A DNA stretch of 64,000 bases from Candidatus Multivoradales bacterium (GTDB taxonomy: Bacteria; Acidobacteriota; Thermoanaerobaculia; Multivoradales; JAHEKO01), in the NCBI GenBank assembly GCA_965223155.1, contig CBDCVR010000014.1, positions 256,001 to 320,000 of the forward strand. Reading direction: 5' to 3'. Shown piece by piece: positions 39,408-48,965 of this stretch. The first letter of the stretch is position 1. Every line of letters starts with the position of its first letter. Made by a program: the position numbers and the translations under genes. The notes beneath the pieces are model-generated. The model saw only the letters and a program-made list of their open reading frames with translations. It was not told the origin of the DNA and ran no database searches.

Positions 39408-40067
39408 CTAGATTTCGCCGTCTTCCAGCAGCGCCGGACGGATCGCCGGTTCGGACAGATGCCGCGTCCGCAGCCCCCAGAACGCGCCGAAGCCGACGAC
39501 CAGCAGGATCTCCCCCAGGAGAAACACCGGGCCGTCGAGCTTGCCGAGCTTTCCCAGGACGGCCAGCGCCGCGCCGGCAATCATGATCGCGGCCGCGATG
39601 GAATACCCCAGAAGCGGCGGCGTCCGCTTGGCCCGGCCGAGCCGCTTCTTGACCCAGGGCAGCACGACGCCGACGGCGACGATACAGCCGAAGAGCACGA
39701 GAGCGGCGGCACCATGGGCCGACCAGAACCCGTCCTTGTCCTCGGGCGTCGGGATGAACGCCACCAAGACCGCCGAGATTCCGGCCACGTTGAGAAGCAT
39801 CGCCTCCCAACCCCGCCAGCCCTTGTACAGGGCCAAGAAAGCAGCGACCGCGCACAGGGTCCCGACGAACACGTTCCTTTGCAGGTCGGCGCCGTGGTAG
39901 TAGGCGCTCAGGGAGTCCTTGAGCGACCCACCGTCGTAGTGAAAACTCGACAAGACCAGTACGACCGGCAGGGCGAACGCCAGGATCGCCGTCAGTCTCG
40001 AGTAGGCAATGTAGGCGCGTACGATGTGATCGTTTGGTGGGCCGCCGGGTCGTCTCGCCATGGTCAC
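39408..40067 (-). CDS. Integral membrane protein of unknown function
   Basis: Multiple TM helices; SLSAYYH...NVFVGTLCAVAAFLALYKG. Confidence 0.7.
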   Translation of the reverse strand: MTMARRPGGPPNDHIVRAYIAYSRLTAILAFALPVVLVLSSFHYDGGSLKDSLSAYYHGADLQRNVFVGTLCAVAAFLALYKGWRGWEAMLLNVAGISAVLVAFIPTPEDKDGFWSAHGAAALVLFGCIVAVGVVLPWVKKRLGRAKRTPPLLGYSIAAAIMIAGAALAVLGKLGKLDGPVFLLGEILLVVGFGAFWGLRTRHLSEPAIRPALLEDGEI

Positions 40068-40293
40068 GTCCCTCGCTTTCTGGAAGAAATCTTAGGAATC
40101 TCGTGTCCCTAGTCTAGACGGACCCGGCGATCGGCATTTCTCCGAAATCGCCACCCTGCACCGAGCCCAGCTCTTAGGCAGAACCCCAAAAAATTGAAGG
40201 CCCTGTCCGTAAAGCCGCGTCGCCGGCCAAGACCGTCCGTACCCAGCAGTGCCTGCCGCGAAAATCGCGATTGGCCCTCGTGAGAGTGTCCGC

Positions 40294-41358
40294 CTAGTGA
40301 GGGTGTCCGAAGGAGGTCGCCGCCGCGATATCGATATCGGGGTACTTCGCAACGGCCCGGCGCCACATCCGGTTGAGCTCGCGCCGGCGGAACCAGCGGC
40401 CGTCGAGCATCACGCCTTCCAGCTTCTGGAGATTGCCGATGCCCTTGAGAGGATTCCTCCGGACCAGAATCAGATCGGCCTTCTTCCCCGGCTCGACGGT
40501 CCCGTGCTCCCCAGCGACACCCAGCGCCTGAGCCGCGTTCCAGGTGGCTGCCCGCAACACCTCAGCGTCCGACAGCCCGGCTTCCCGGAGGCTCCTCATT
40601 TCTCGGTGGATCGAGAGTCCCGGAATGACCGTATTGACCGGCGCGTCGGTGCCGACCAGCAGCCCCGCACCGGCTTCATGGAGAGCCCGAACGAACTCCC
40701 GCCGGCGCTCGCGTCCCACGGCAAACTCGTCCACCGAGATCTCTTCTCGTTCGATGAGCTCGGCCAGAAGCGGGATTTTGCTGTTGCGCCAGTACCCCAG
40801 AAGGGGTCTGGGCGCCCACCGATAGTCGCGCCGGTCGAGCTGCGCCAGCATTCGATCCTCGGGGCCGACATAGTCCCCCACGATCAGAGTCGGGCAGCTC
40901 CAGATGCCCGATGTGGCGACCTTCTTGGCTAGAGCTTCGACACCTTCCGCTTCGATCGGAATCGACCCGACGACCCGCCGGAACGTCCATCGTCCTCGCC
41001 AGGGGGAGTCCAGCGTCTCCACCGCGGCGGCAAAGCCCAGCAGGTGCTCCATCGAGCGCATGTTCGTCGCCAGCAGTTTTCGAAGGGGATAGTCCGTCGG
41101 CACGTGACCCACGACCGGCAGGCCGAGGCGGCGGCCTTGCTTCAGGAATACGTCGGTGATCTTGCGGCTCAGGTTCGTGTAGATCTTGATGAAGTCGTAC
41201 CCCAGCGCCGCATAGTCCCTGGCGAGCTGCTTGGCTCTCTTCGTCGTCCAGACGGCGAAGTTGTCGCCGATGAGAGGCGGATCCCCGTCGTTGATCCAGC
41301 TCGCAAGAAAGAGGCTCGGGCCCTCCAAGGCGCAAGCAATCAGGGCAAGACCTTCCAT
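40294..41358 (-). pseudogene. Amidohydrolase-family protein, apparently N-terminally truncated
   Basis: DFIKIY, VVGHVP, SMEH, GTDA and GTVEPGKKADLILV are present, but the N-terminal PGxxDxHxH metal-binding segment is absent. Confidence 0.6.
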
Positions 41359-41385
41359 CGGAGGGTCTTGCCTTTTTTCTTGCCC

Positions 41386-42408
41386 TCAGACGCCGGCGGC
41401 TTGCGACCTGAGAAAGCGGAATCCGACGAGTCGCCCTTCGTCTTCATCCCAGAGGTGCAGGCGCGCGCACCGGAGACTGCTGCGAATCGTCAAGCGGGTT
41501 ACGTGCTGTAGTTCCGGCACCCGCTGGAAACACTCTTTCAAGCGGTAGTTCGGAATCCGGCTCGCCAGGTGGTGCACGTGGTGGAAGCCGATGTTGCCGG
41601 TGAACCAGTGAAGCATCGGCGGCAGATCGTAAAACGAGCTGCCCTCGAGAGCCGCTCGGTGGAAGCTCCACTCCGGATGCTCCCGCCAGTAGGTGTCCTC
41701 GAACTGATGCTGGACGTAAAAGAGCCAGACGCCGAGCGCACCGCTAATCAGCGTAATGGGTACCTGCACCAAGAGGAACTTGTCGAGCCCGATCAACAGC
41801 CAGGCGGCCACGGTGATGCTCGCCAAGCACAAGTTCGTCCACATCACGCTCCGCCACTCGCGCTTCCAGCTCCGTGGCAGGTCGAGCGGCAGCCGATGCT
41901 TGATAACGAACTGGTAGAGCGGTCCCGCCAGCAGGAGCACCAACGGATTTCGATAAAGCCGGTACTTGAACCGTCCCCAGCGAGAGCGGGCAACGTACTC
42001 CCGGACCGTCAGCGTCGCGATGTCACCGAAGCCGCGCCGATCCAGGTCGCCGGAGGCACCATGATGGGCCGCATGCGTTCGGCGCCAGTACCGATAGGGC
42101 GTGAGAGTCACGACCCCCAGCAGCCCCCCGACGAGATCGTTGGCGACGCGAGAGCGAAAAAACGCCCCGTGCCCGCAGTCGTGCTGAAAGATAAACAGCC
42201 TGGTCAACAGTCCGGCGGCCGGCAGCGCCGCCAAAAGCGTCAGCCAGTAGGGACCCCGCAGGCTCAACAGCATCAGACCCCAGGTCAGCGCAAAAAGGGC
42301 CGCCGTGGACAGGAGCTGAAACCAGGCCTTGCGGTCCACCGGCCGGCTATAGGCCGCGAGAAGCCGGCTCCAGTACTGACTTTCAGCGGCTGGCGTGGGC
42401 TTGTGCAT
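41386..42408 (-). CDS. Membrane fatty acid desaturase
   Basis: Three His boxes HDCGH, HAAHH and HHVHH; FYVQHQFE. Confidence 0.92.
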   Translation of the reverse strand: MHKPTPAAESQYWSRLLAAYSRPVDRKAWFQLLSTAALFALTWGLMLLSLRGPYWLTLLAALPAAGLLTRLFIFQHDCGHGAFFRSRVANDLVGGLLGVVTLTPYRYWRRTHAAHHGASGDLDRRGFGDIATLTVREYVARSRWGRFKYRLYRNPLVLLLAGPLYQFVIKHRLPLDLPRSWKREWRSVMWTNLCLASITVAAWLLIGLDKFLLVQVPITLISGALGVWLFYVQHQFEDTYWREHPEWSFHRAALEGSSFYDLPPMLHWFTGNIGFHHVHHLASRIPNYRLKECFQRVPELQHVTRLTIRSSLRCARLHLWDEDEGRLVGFRFLRSQAAGV

Positions 42409-42577
42409 CCGTTCCCTCGTTATCCACCGTCTTCATCAGCGATATCTCCCCCTGAATGAGGCTCAAGAGCAGAGGCCCCTTCTTCGCGTACTTCGAGTCG
42501 CAACGGACACCATGAGCCCCAGGCAACAAGCTTCTCCTCGGCTCGATCCCACTCAGCCTCGCCACGACCCATCGAAC

Positions 42578-42860
42578 CTACCGCATTCTCCGGCTCTGCC
42601 CTCTCAAGAAAGCAAAGATTTCCTGCCACGCTTCTTTACCCGCGCCCGGATTCCGTCCAACGCTCATGCCACCACCGATCGATAGGACCTCCGGGCCCTC
42701 GGTGAAGTCGAACCCGTGCCGAGCGCCGGCATACCGCCGCACCCGGACATCGGCACCGTCAGGCAGTTGGTGCAGGATCCGGTCGCAGCTCTCGGGAGGA
42801 GTGATGTCGCCGGTCTCGCCCAGGAGCGTCAGCACCGGGAGCGGCGAGACCCATGCATCG
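42578..42860 (-). pseudogene. 3' fragment paralogous to the dienelactone hydrolase at 51189-52028
   Basis: TPPESCDRIL...ARHGFDFTEGP.VLSIGGGM.VGRNP is nearly identical to the intact copy; the GWSHG nucleophile region is missing. Confidence 0.8.
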
Positions 42861-43178
42861 CGAGTCATGAGCTTGCCTATCCGCCATTTCTTTGAAGAAC
42901 GGGGACCAGAGCTCCTCACGCCGAGCTGGCGCTTGCCACGGATGCTCGGAGACGGTCCGGCCGGCTCTTGGGCCAACCCGTTGACCAGTGTCTAGGGCAG
43001 GTAAGCGCTCGGCGCGCACGCCGTTCGCGAGTCGCGGACCGAACCAGGCCCGTTCGAGCGCCGGTCAGCCGGACTGGCGCCGCGACTGACGCCACGGGCA
43101 TCGCGGCACCGCACCCGACAGAGACAGGTATCCTGCCGCCGTAGCTCTTCTGATCAGCGATTCCGCCATACTAGAAAG

Positions 43179-45155
43179 ATGGAGACCGTAGAGTTCCTCT
43201 CGGAAGCGGTTGCTGTCCTCGCCGCCGCCGTCACGGTGGTGCTGCTCTCCGCCCGGCTGCGCATCCCTCCTGTGGTCGGCTTCCTGATCAGCGGTGTCCT
43301 CATCGGTCCCTCGGGTCTGGCCCTCGTGCCGGAGACCCATGAGGTCGAGGTCTTCGCCGAGATCGGAGTTGTGTTGCTCCTGTTCGTCATCGGGCTCCAG
43401 CTCAGCTCGACCGAGATGCGAACCCTGGGCCGCTCGTTTCTGATTGGCGGCACCCTCCAGTGGGCGCTTACTACCGGGCTCACCATGGGGATCGTCATCG
43501 GCTTCGGGCTGCCACCGGCCAACGCCCTCTTCATCGGCTTCGTGCTCAGCCTGTCGAGTACCGCGGTCGTCCTCAAGGAGTACCAGGAGCGGCGCGAGAC
43601 GACGACGCCTCAGGGCCGGGTGGTACTGGGCGTGCTCCTCTTCCAGGACCTGCTGATCGTGCCGATGATTGCCCTGACCCCGGTCCTGGCGGGCTCCATC
43701 GAGGCTTCCGCCTCGAGCTTGGCCCTGCGCTTCGGCGGCGGGCTGGCAGCGGTGGCTCTGGTCTTCTTCGCCGGCCGCGTCTTGATACGGCGGCTGACGC
43801 GGATGATCGCCGGCACCCGGGTCCGCGAGCTCTTCGTTCTCGGAGCGCTGACCACCTGCCTCGCCATGGCCTGGTTCACGGCGCGTCTCGAGTTCTCCCT
43901 GGCCCTGGGCGCGTTCCTTGCCGGAGTGCTGGTCGCCGAGACCGAGTACAGCCACCAGGTGATCGCCGACATCGGTCCGTTCCGCGATCTGTTCGCCAGC
44001 GTCTTTTTCGTTTCCATCGGCATGCTGGTCGATCTGCGCTTCGCATTGGCCAGCCTGCCGCTTCTCGTCGGCCTGGCCTTGCTGCTCGCCCTTGGCAAGG
44101 CCCTGGTAGCGGTGATGGCGCTCAAGCTCGCCGGCTTTACGATGCGCATCGCCCTCATCTGCGGCATCGGCCTGGCACAGATCGGCGAGTTCTCCTTCGT
44201 CCTCATGGAGGTCGGCCGGGCCAATGGCCTATTGCAGGGGGAGCGGTTTCAGATTCTCCTGGTTGCGGCGGTCCTGACCGTCGCCATGACACCCGTTCTG
44301 GTGCGCGCCGCGCCAGTGGTGAGCGCGCGGGTCGCCGCGCTGGCGGGCCTGCCGAGCCGCGACAAGGACGCGAGCAGCGACCAGGCGTCCTCGGCCCACG
44401 TGGTGGTGGTCGGATACGGCATGAACGGCAGCCTGCTCGCCCGGATCCTGGGAGAGACCCACATCCCGCATCTGGTGGTGGAGCTCGACCCGGAAGCGGA
44501 GCGCCGCGCCCGCGGCGAGGGCGTGCCGGTGCTGTTTGGCGACGCGGCGCAGAAAGAGATCCTGGAGCGGGCCGGGGTCGAACAGGCAAAGATGATCGTC
44601 TTCGCCATCTCCGATTTCACCGCCGTCAGTCGCGCGCTGAAGGCAGTTCGAGAGCTCTCGCCGAACGTCGAGATCCTGGTCCGCACGAGCAAGTTCCGGG
44701 AGATCGAGGCTCTCCGCGCGGCCGGCGCGAATCAGGTCGTGGCCGAGGAGTTCGAGTCGGCGATCGAGATCTTCACGCGCGTGCTGACCGCATACCACGT
44801 ACCGCGTAACGTGATCCGCGCCGAGACACGAGTCCTGCGCGGCGAGGCGTACGAGACGCTACGGAGCGCCCCCCTGGGCCAGGCCTTCGAAGCCGCCCTC
44901 GAGGCTCTAGAGGCCGGAACCACCGACATCTACCGCATCGCGTCTGGAGGTCGCGCGGCCGACCGTACTCTGGGAGAGCTCGACCTGCGGCGGCAGACTG
45001 GGGCCGGCGTCATCGCCGTGGTTCGCGGTGAGCAGTCGCATCCGAATCCGCCTTCCGACCTACGCTTGGAGGCCGGCGACTGTCTGGTCCTGGTGGGCGC
45101 CCACGAAGAGATCGATCGTGCCTTCCAGTTTCTCGACCTGACCGAGATCGCCTGA
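43179..45155 (+). CDS. CPA2 (Kef-type) cation:proton antiporter with TrkA-N and TrkA-C domains
   Basis: AEIGVVLLLFVIGL, LSSTAVVLK, LLFQD, LAQIGEFSFV, VVVGYGMNG and C-terminal RCK_C (LDLRRQTG). Confidence 0.92.
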   Translation: METVEFLSEAVAVLAAAVTVVLLSARLRIPPVVGFLISGVLIGPSGLALVPETHEVEVFAEIGVVLLLFVIGLQLSSTEMRTLGRSFLIGGTLQWALTTGLTMGIVIGFGLPPANALFIGFVLSLSSTAVVLKEYQERRETTTPQGRVVLGVLLFQDLLIVPMIALTPVLAGSIEASASSLALRFGGGLAAVALVFFAGRVLIRRLTRMIAGTRVRELFVLGALTTCLAMAWFTARLEFSLALGAFLAGVLVAETEYSHQVIADIGPFRDLFASVFFVSIGMLVDLRFALASLPLLVGLALLLALGKALVAVMALKLAGFTMRIALICGIGLAQIGEFSFVLMEVGRANGLLQGERFQILLVAAVLTVAMTPVLVRAAPVVSARVAALAGLPSRDKDASSDQASSAHVVVVGYGMNGSLLARILGETHIPHLVVELDPEAERRARGEGVPVLFGDAAQKEILERAGVEQAKMIVFAISDFTAVSRALKAVRELSPNVEILVRTSKFREIEALRAAGANQVVAEEFESAIEIFTRVLTAYHVPRNVIRAETRVLRGEAYETLRSAPLGQAFEAALEALEAGTTDIYRIASGGRAADRTLGELDLRRQTGAGVIAVVRGEQSHPNPPSDLRLEAGDCLVLVGAHEEIDRAFQFLDLTEIA

Positions 45156-45188
45156 GCCACAAGCCGGCTAGAGGCTCGCGCTGCCGGC

Positions 45189-45545
45189 GCCCTCGGCTTC
45201 ATGGCCCGAATCCTCATCCAGGCCACTCTCCCCCACAGCCGGGCCCGAAGCACCCGAATCCCGCACGAGTTCGAGCGCGTCAACGGCCGCTTCACCCTCT
45301 ACCTCAACGCACTGCCGTCGGTGGGACTGCCCGGCGGCTCCTACCCGCGGCTCACGTTTGCTTGGCTTTCGACCGAAGCGGTGCGGACCCGAAGCCGCGA
45401 GCTCGAGCTCGCTCCCACCTTCTCGAGCTTCATGTACAAGCTCGGGCTGACGCCGATCACGGGCAAGCGGGGTACGACGTCCCGCCTCCGAGATCAGCTC
45501 CACCGACTCTTTTCCGCCACGATCCGCTGCAGCTGGGGAAGCGGT
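45189..45545 (+). pseudogene. repA: Truncated plasmid replication initiator RepA (RepA_C / IncW-like)
   Basis: LGFMARILIQATLPH...GLPGGSYPRL..AWLSTEAVRT...RLRDQLHRLFSATI; similarity is lost after about 45545. Confidence 0.75.
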
Positions 45546-45781
45546 GACTGGGTGGGAGGGCGGACGGGAGGGACTCCCTGTCACCGGTTTCCTGCGCTGG
45601 CATCGGCTACACCATCGCTCACAAGCACCAGCTTTGGTGGTCGCCCCGAGATCCGGAGCGGGAATTCGGGGACTGGCTCGAGAGGGGGCCAGGGAGGACG
45701 TGCCTGTCCCCGAATTCCCGGCCGCAGCTCACGGCCGATAGGCATTGCGGGCCGGCCGCAGCGCGATCGCAAATCCGAGAA

Positions 45782-45985
45782 ACTTTTCACCGCAAAGTAC
45801 TTGACATCGAACAATTTCAGGCGCTACGCTCCCTCCATGCCGCGCGCGAGACCGATTGCCTCCGTAGACCGCTTCGGCATCGACATACCGGTTCCGAGCG
45901 GCTCTCTCCTGGAGTCCGGTGGCGAGACATTGTTCCAGGCGAGCCGCGGCGAGTTTTTTTGCCTACTTACTTTGCAATGCAAAGT
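45782..45985 (+). promoter_or_regulatory. Sigma70-like promoter with two ACTTT-N7-AAAGT palindromes upstream of creD
   Basis: ACTTTTCACCGCAAAGT (45782-45798), TTGACA-N18-TACGCT (45801-45830) and ACTTTGCAATGCAAAGT (45969-45985). Confidence 0.6.
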
Positions 45986-46194
45986 CTACGGCAGTCGGAA
46001 TCTCCGTTCGCACCCACCCCTAGAAGGGCCACCATCGCTCAACCGCTCGGCGCGGCCTTCCCCGGCCCATCCATATCGCCGCGGAACGAATGCAGTGCGG
46101 GGAAAAGTCCCGGTCGCACCGGATCGCGGCATCGCCGCGCCCGGCTTCTGTCTCTTCTCTGCTTCTTCACCACCCATTCCCCGGAGCTAACGCC

Positions 46195-47448
46195 ATGACC
46201 GTTCGACACCTCCTCGCCATCTCGATGATCTTCTGCCTTGCCGCGCTCGCCTGGTTCCTGCTCGGCGCTTCCGTGCACTCGCGCACGCGCGAGTCGAGGG
46301 CCGCCGGCACCGGCGACGTCTCGCAACTGTGGGGCGACAAACATGTGCAGCTTGCGCCGAGGCTTTACTCCCTCCGGGAGCGCACCGTCTCCGGCGCGGG
46401 GCCCCTCGGAGATGAGCACAACGGACCGCAAACGCAGCAAGAACGGGTCATCACCGAACGGATCCCGATTCCCCCGGACCACAGCCGCGTGGCGGTCGAC
46501 CTGGCCGTCGACCACCGCAAGCGCGGACTTCTCTGGTTTGACACCTATACGGTCTCGTTTACCGGGAAGTACACGGCGCAGGTCCCCGATGACCCTCAGG
46601 GCCCCCTGTACGCGGGCTTCTCCTTGCCCTCGACCGCGGCGATCTACGACGACTTCTCACTCCAGATCAACGGCGTCGAAACCGCGCTCGATCCAGGCCT
46701 CTCCCACGAGTTGCGCGCTCAACTCAACGCTCAACCGGGACAGAAGGTGATGATCGACGTCCGCTACCGTTCCCGCGGACTCGATACTTGGCGCTACCGC
46801 TTTGCCGACGCAGACGTGGCCCAGGTGCGGGACTTCGAGCTCTCGATGTCGACCGACTTTGCAGCGATCGACTTTCCTCCCGACACCCTCTCGCCGACCG
46901 AAAGCAGCCGCGACGGTGACGGCTGGCGGCTGGCCTGGCGCTTTGAGAATCTGGTTAGCGGCAAGGGGATCGGCATGGATCTCCCAAACCGCATGAATCC
47001 CGGCCCGCTGGTCGGACGAATGACCTTCTTTGCCCCGGTTTCGCTTCTATTCTTCTTCACTGTGCTGGTCATGCTCGGCGCGCTCTCACTCCTGAGGCTC
47101 CACCCGATGCACTACTTCTTCCTGGCCGCCGCCTTCTTTGCCTTTCACCTGCTGATGGCGTACCTCGCCGACCATCTGAGCATCCATTCGGCATTCCTCC
47201 TCTCCGCCGCGGTGAGTCTCGCTCTCGTCTTGAGCTACCTGCGACTCGTCTGCGGCGTGCGCTCGGCGCTGCTGTACGCCGGAACCGCGCAGCTCGTCTA
47301 CCTCTTTCTCTTTAGCTACGCCTTCTTCTTCTCCGGATTCACCGGCTTGGCGATCACGGTTGGAGCGATCCTCACCCTCTTCGTACTGATGCAACTCACC
47401 GGACGACTTGATTGGGACGGCGTCTTCGCCGGGCAGAGGCCAACCTGA
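46195..47448 (+). CDS. creD: CreD-like inner membrane protein
   Basis: N-terminal TM, large periplasmic region, then six TMs with LHPMHYFFL...LxAYLADH and LMQLTGRLDW. Confidence 0.7.
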   Translation: MTVRHLLAISMIFCLAALAWFLLGASVHSRTRESRAAGTGDVSQLWGDKHVQLAPRLYSLRERTVSGAGPLGDEHNGPQTQQERVITERIPIPPDHSRVAVDLAVDHRKRGLLWFDTYTVSFTGKYTAQVPDDPQGPLYAGFSLPSTAAIYDDFSLQINGVETALDPGLSHELRAQLNAQPGQKVMIDVRYRSRGLDTWRYRFADADVAQVRDFELSMSTDFAAIDFPPDTLSPTESSRDGDGWRLAWRFENLVSGKGIGMDLPNRMNPGPLVGRMTFFAPVSLLFFFTVLVMLGALSLLRLHPMHYFFLAAAFFAFHLLMAYLADHLSIHSAFLLSAAVSLALVLSYLRLVCGVRSALLYAGTAQLVYLFLFSYAFFFSGFTGLAITVGAILTLFVLMQLTGRLDWDGVFAGQRPT

Positions 47449-47601
47449 GGCCAGCCCCCGTGCCCTGGCCCGTGGTCTCCAGCGAAGATGCGGTGGAAGA
47501 TGCGGTGACAGATGAGATGAGTCGGTCGGTCTCCAGCTGGGACACTGTGCCAGTTGGAGATAACCAAGAATCGGCATCAGAGCCGAGAAAGGAGACCGAC
47601 C

Positions 47602-48615
47602 ATGGAGTATCTTGGCATCGATGTTCACTCGAAGTACAGCGAGGTGTGTGGCGTATCAGAAGACGGTGAGGTGACGGTTCGCCGGCGGGTTCCGACGACC
47701 GAGACGGGCCTGCGAAGGTTCTTCGCCAATCGGGAACGCTCGCAGGTGACGCTCGAGAGCGGTCCGGTCACACCCTGGGTCTATCGACTGCTGTCTGAGC
47801 TCGGCCATGAGGTGATGGTGGTCAATCCACGCCGGGTACGTCTGATCGCGGAATCGACCCTGAAGACGGACGGAATCGACGCCGAGATCCTGGCTCGTTT
47901 GAGCCGGTTGGATCTGGGTTTGCTTCGACCAGTCTACCAGCGCACAGGTGAGGCCCAAGAGCTTCGGACGCGTCTTCGGGTCCGAACGAGTCTGGTGAAG
48001 ACCAGGACCTCGCTGATCAACTCCGTACGCGGAACGCTGCGGGCACAGGGCTACCGAGTGCCCTCATGTCCGGCGAAGAGCTTCGTGGCTCGGTACGCGT
48101 CGATGTCGGTCGAAGCCGGCCTGTTGGGAGCGCTCGAACCTCTGGTAACGACAATCGGCGAGCTGACCGATCGGATCCACCATCTCGAAGACGACCTCAT
48201 CTCCGAGTCGAGATCAAACGAGCTGGTCCGTCGGCTGCAGACGGTTCCTGGTGTGGGGCCTCTGGTGAGCCTTGCGTTCGTCGGCTGGATGGATCGTCCG
48301 GATCGGTTCGAGAAAAGCCGCGACGTCGGAGCGTGTCTGGGCTTGAGACCGTCGCTTCGCAGCTCAGGAGGGCATGAGGTCAGGGGCCGGATCACTCGCG
48401 AGGGCGACTCGGAGATGCGCAGACTCTTGGTGCAGGCAGCTCATGCGGCGTTGAACTGTCGCAAAGAGTCGTCACTCAAGAGATGGGCTGAGGGCCTGGT
48501 CGAGAGGCTGGGTAAGGGCAAGGCCGTGGTCGCGCTAGCTAGGAAGATCGCGGTGTTGCTCCACAGGCTGTGGGTGACAGGTGAGAGCTTCCGAGCCTTT
48601 CCCAAGGCAGCGTAG
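47602..48615 (+). CDS. IS110-family transposase/recombinase
   Basis: GIDVHS, LES, KTDGIDA (DEDD RuvC), PGVGP and RSSGG catalytic serine loop; AAGGAG RBS. Confidence 0.95.
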   Translation: MEYLGIDVHSKYSEVCGVSEDGEVTVRRRVPTTETGLRRFFANRERSQVTLESGPVTPWVYRLLSELGHEVMVVNPRRVRLIAESTLKTDGIDAEILARLSRLDLGLLRPVYQRTGEAQELRTRLRVRTSLVKTRTSLINSVRGTLRAQGYRVPSCPAKSFVARYASMSVEAGLLGALEPLVTTIGELTDRIHHLEDDLISESRSNELVRRLQTVPGVGPLVSLAFVGWMDRPDRFEKSRDVGACLGLRPSLRSSGGHEVRGRITREGDSEMRRLLVQAAHAALNCRKESSLKRWAEGLVERLGKGKAVVALARKIAVLLHRLWVTGESFRAFPKAA

Positions 48616-48639
48616 AAGAGATAACTAGACGACCAACAA

Positions 48640-48854
48640 GCAAGGACGGATTGAGAGGTTCGATGACTCCGAAAGTATCCTTGGTGGCCCCGACACCGTG
48701 TGACAGATGGGAGCATCGATTCCTAAACGGACGCAAAACTCACCATGCACCGGTTCAAAGAAGAACCCTACAGAGTGCGAATAGAAGCTCGTCCCAAGCC
48801 TCGATCCAAACCTAAGGAAAACTACAAAAAGAAGAAACGAAACTCTTGACGCCA
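48640..48854 (+). ncRNA. Putative bridge/seek RNA of the IS1111 element
   Basis: Two stem-enclosed internal loops; the first holds AGTATCCTT and GTGACAGA, matching the two flanks of the insertion site. Ends approximate. Confidence 0.7.
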
Positions 48855-48965
48855 ACCGACCGACTCATAGAAGGATACTCATCCTGCCAACGCCCACAGC
48901 CGTTGCTCCCTCCCTCATCCTGCCTCGTCATCGGGCTCCCTGGAGGCCGTTTCAGGACTCCGAGT

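Larger units (their letters stand above)
47510..48870 (+). mobile_element. IS110-family element, IS1111 group
   Basis: Perfect 14-bp sub-terminal inverted repeats ATGAGTCGGTCGGT (47517-47530) / ACCGACCGACTCAT (48855-48868), shared AG core at both junctions, short left end, long right non-coding end and lower GC. Confidence 0.9.

Noticed and set aside
42383-42565. Short ORF with YAKKGPLLLSLIQ, reminiscent of an M1 peptidase fragment
   Set aside because: Too short and degenerate to support without a search.
45546-46190. C-terminal two-thirds of the 329-aa ORF 45201-46190 as a full RepA
   Set aside because: RepA similarity ends near 45545; the rest runs through AT-rich promoter sequence and looks non-coding.
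47484-47507. Direct repeat GAAGATGCGGTG x2 as a target-site duplication of the IS
   Set aside because: Both copies lie on the left flank, and IS110-family elements do not make such duplications.
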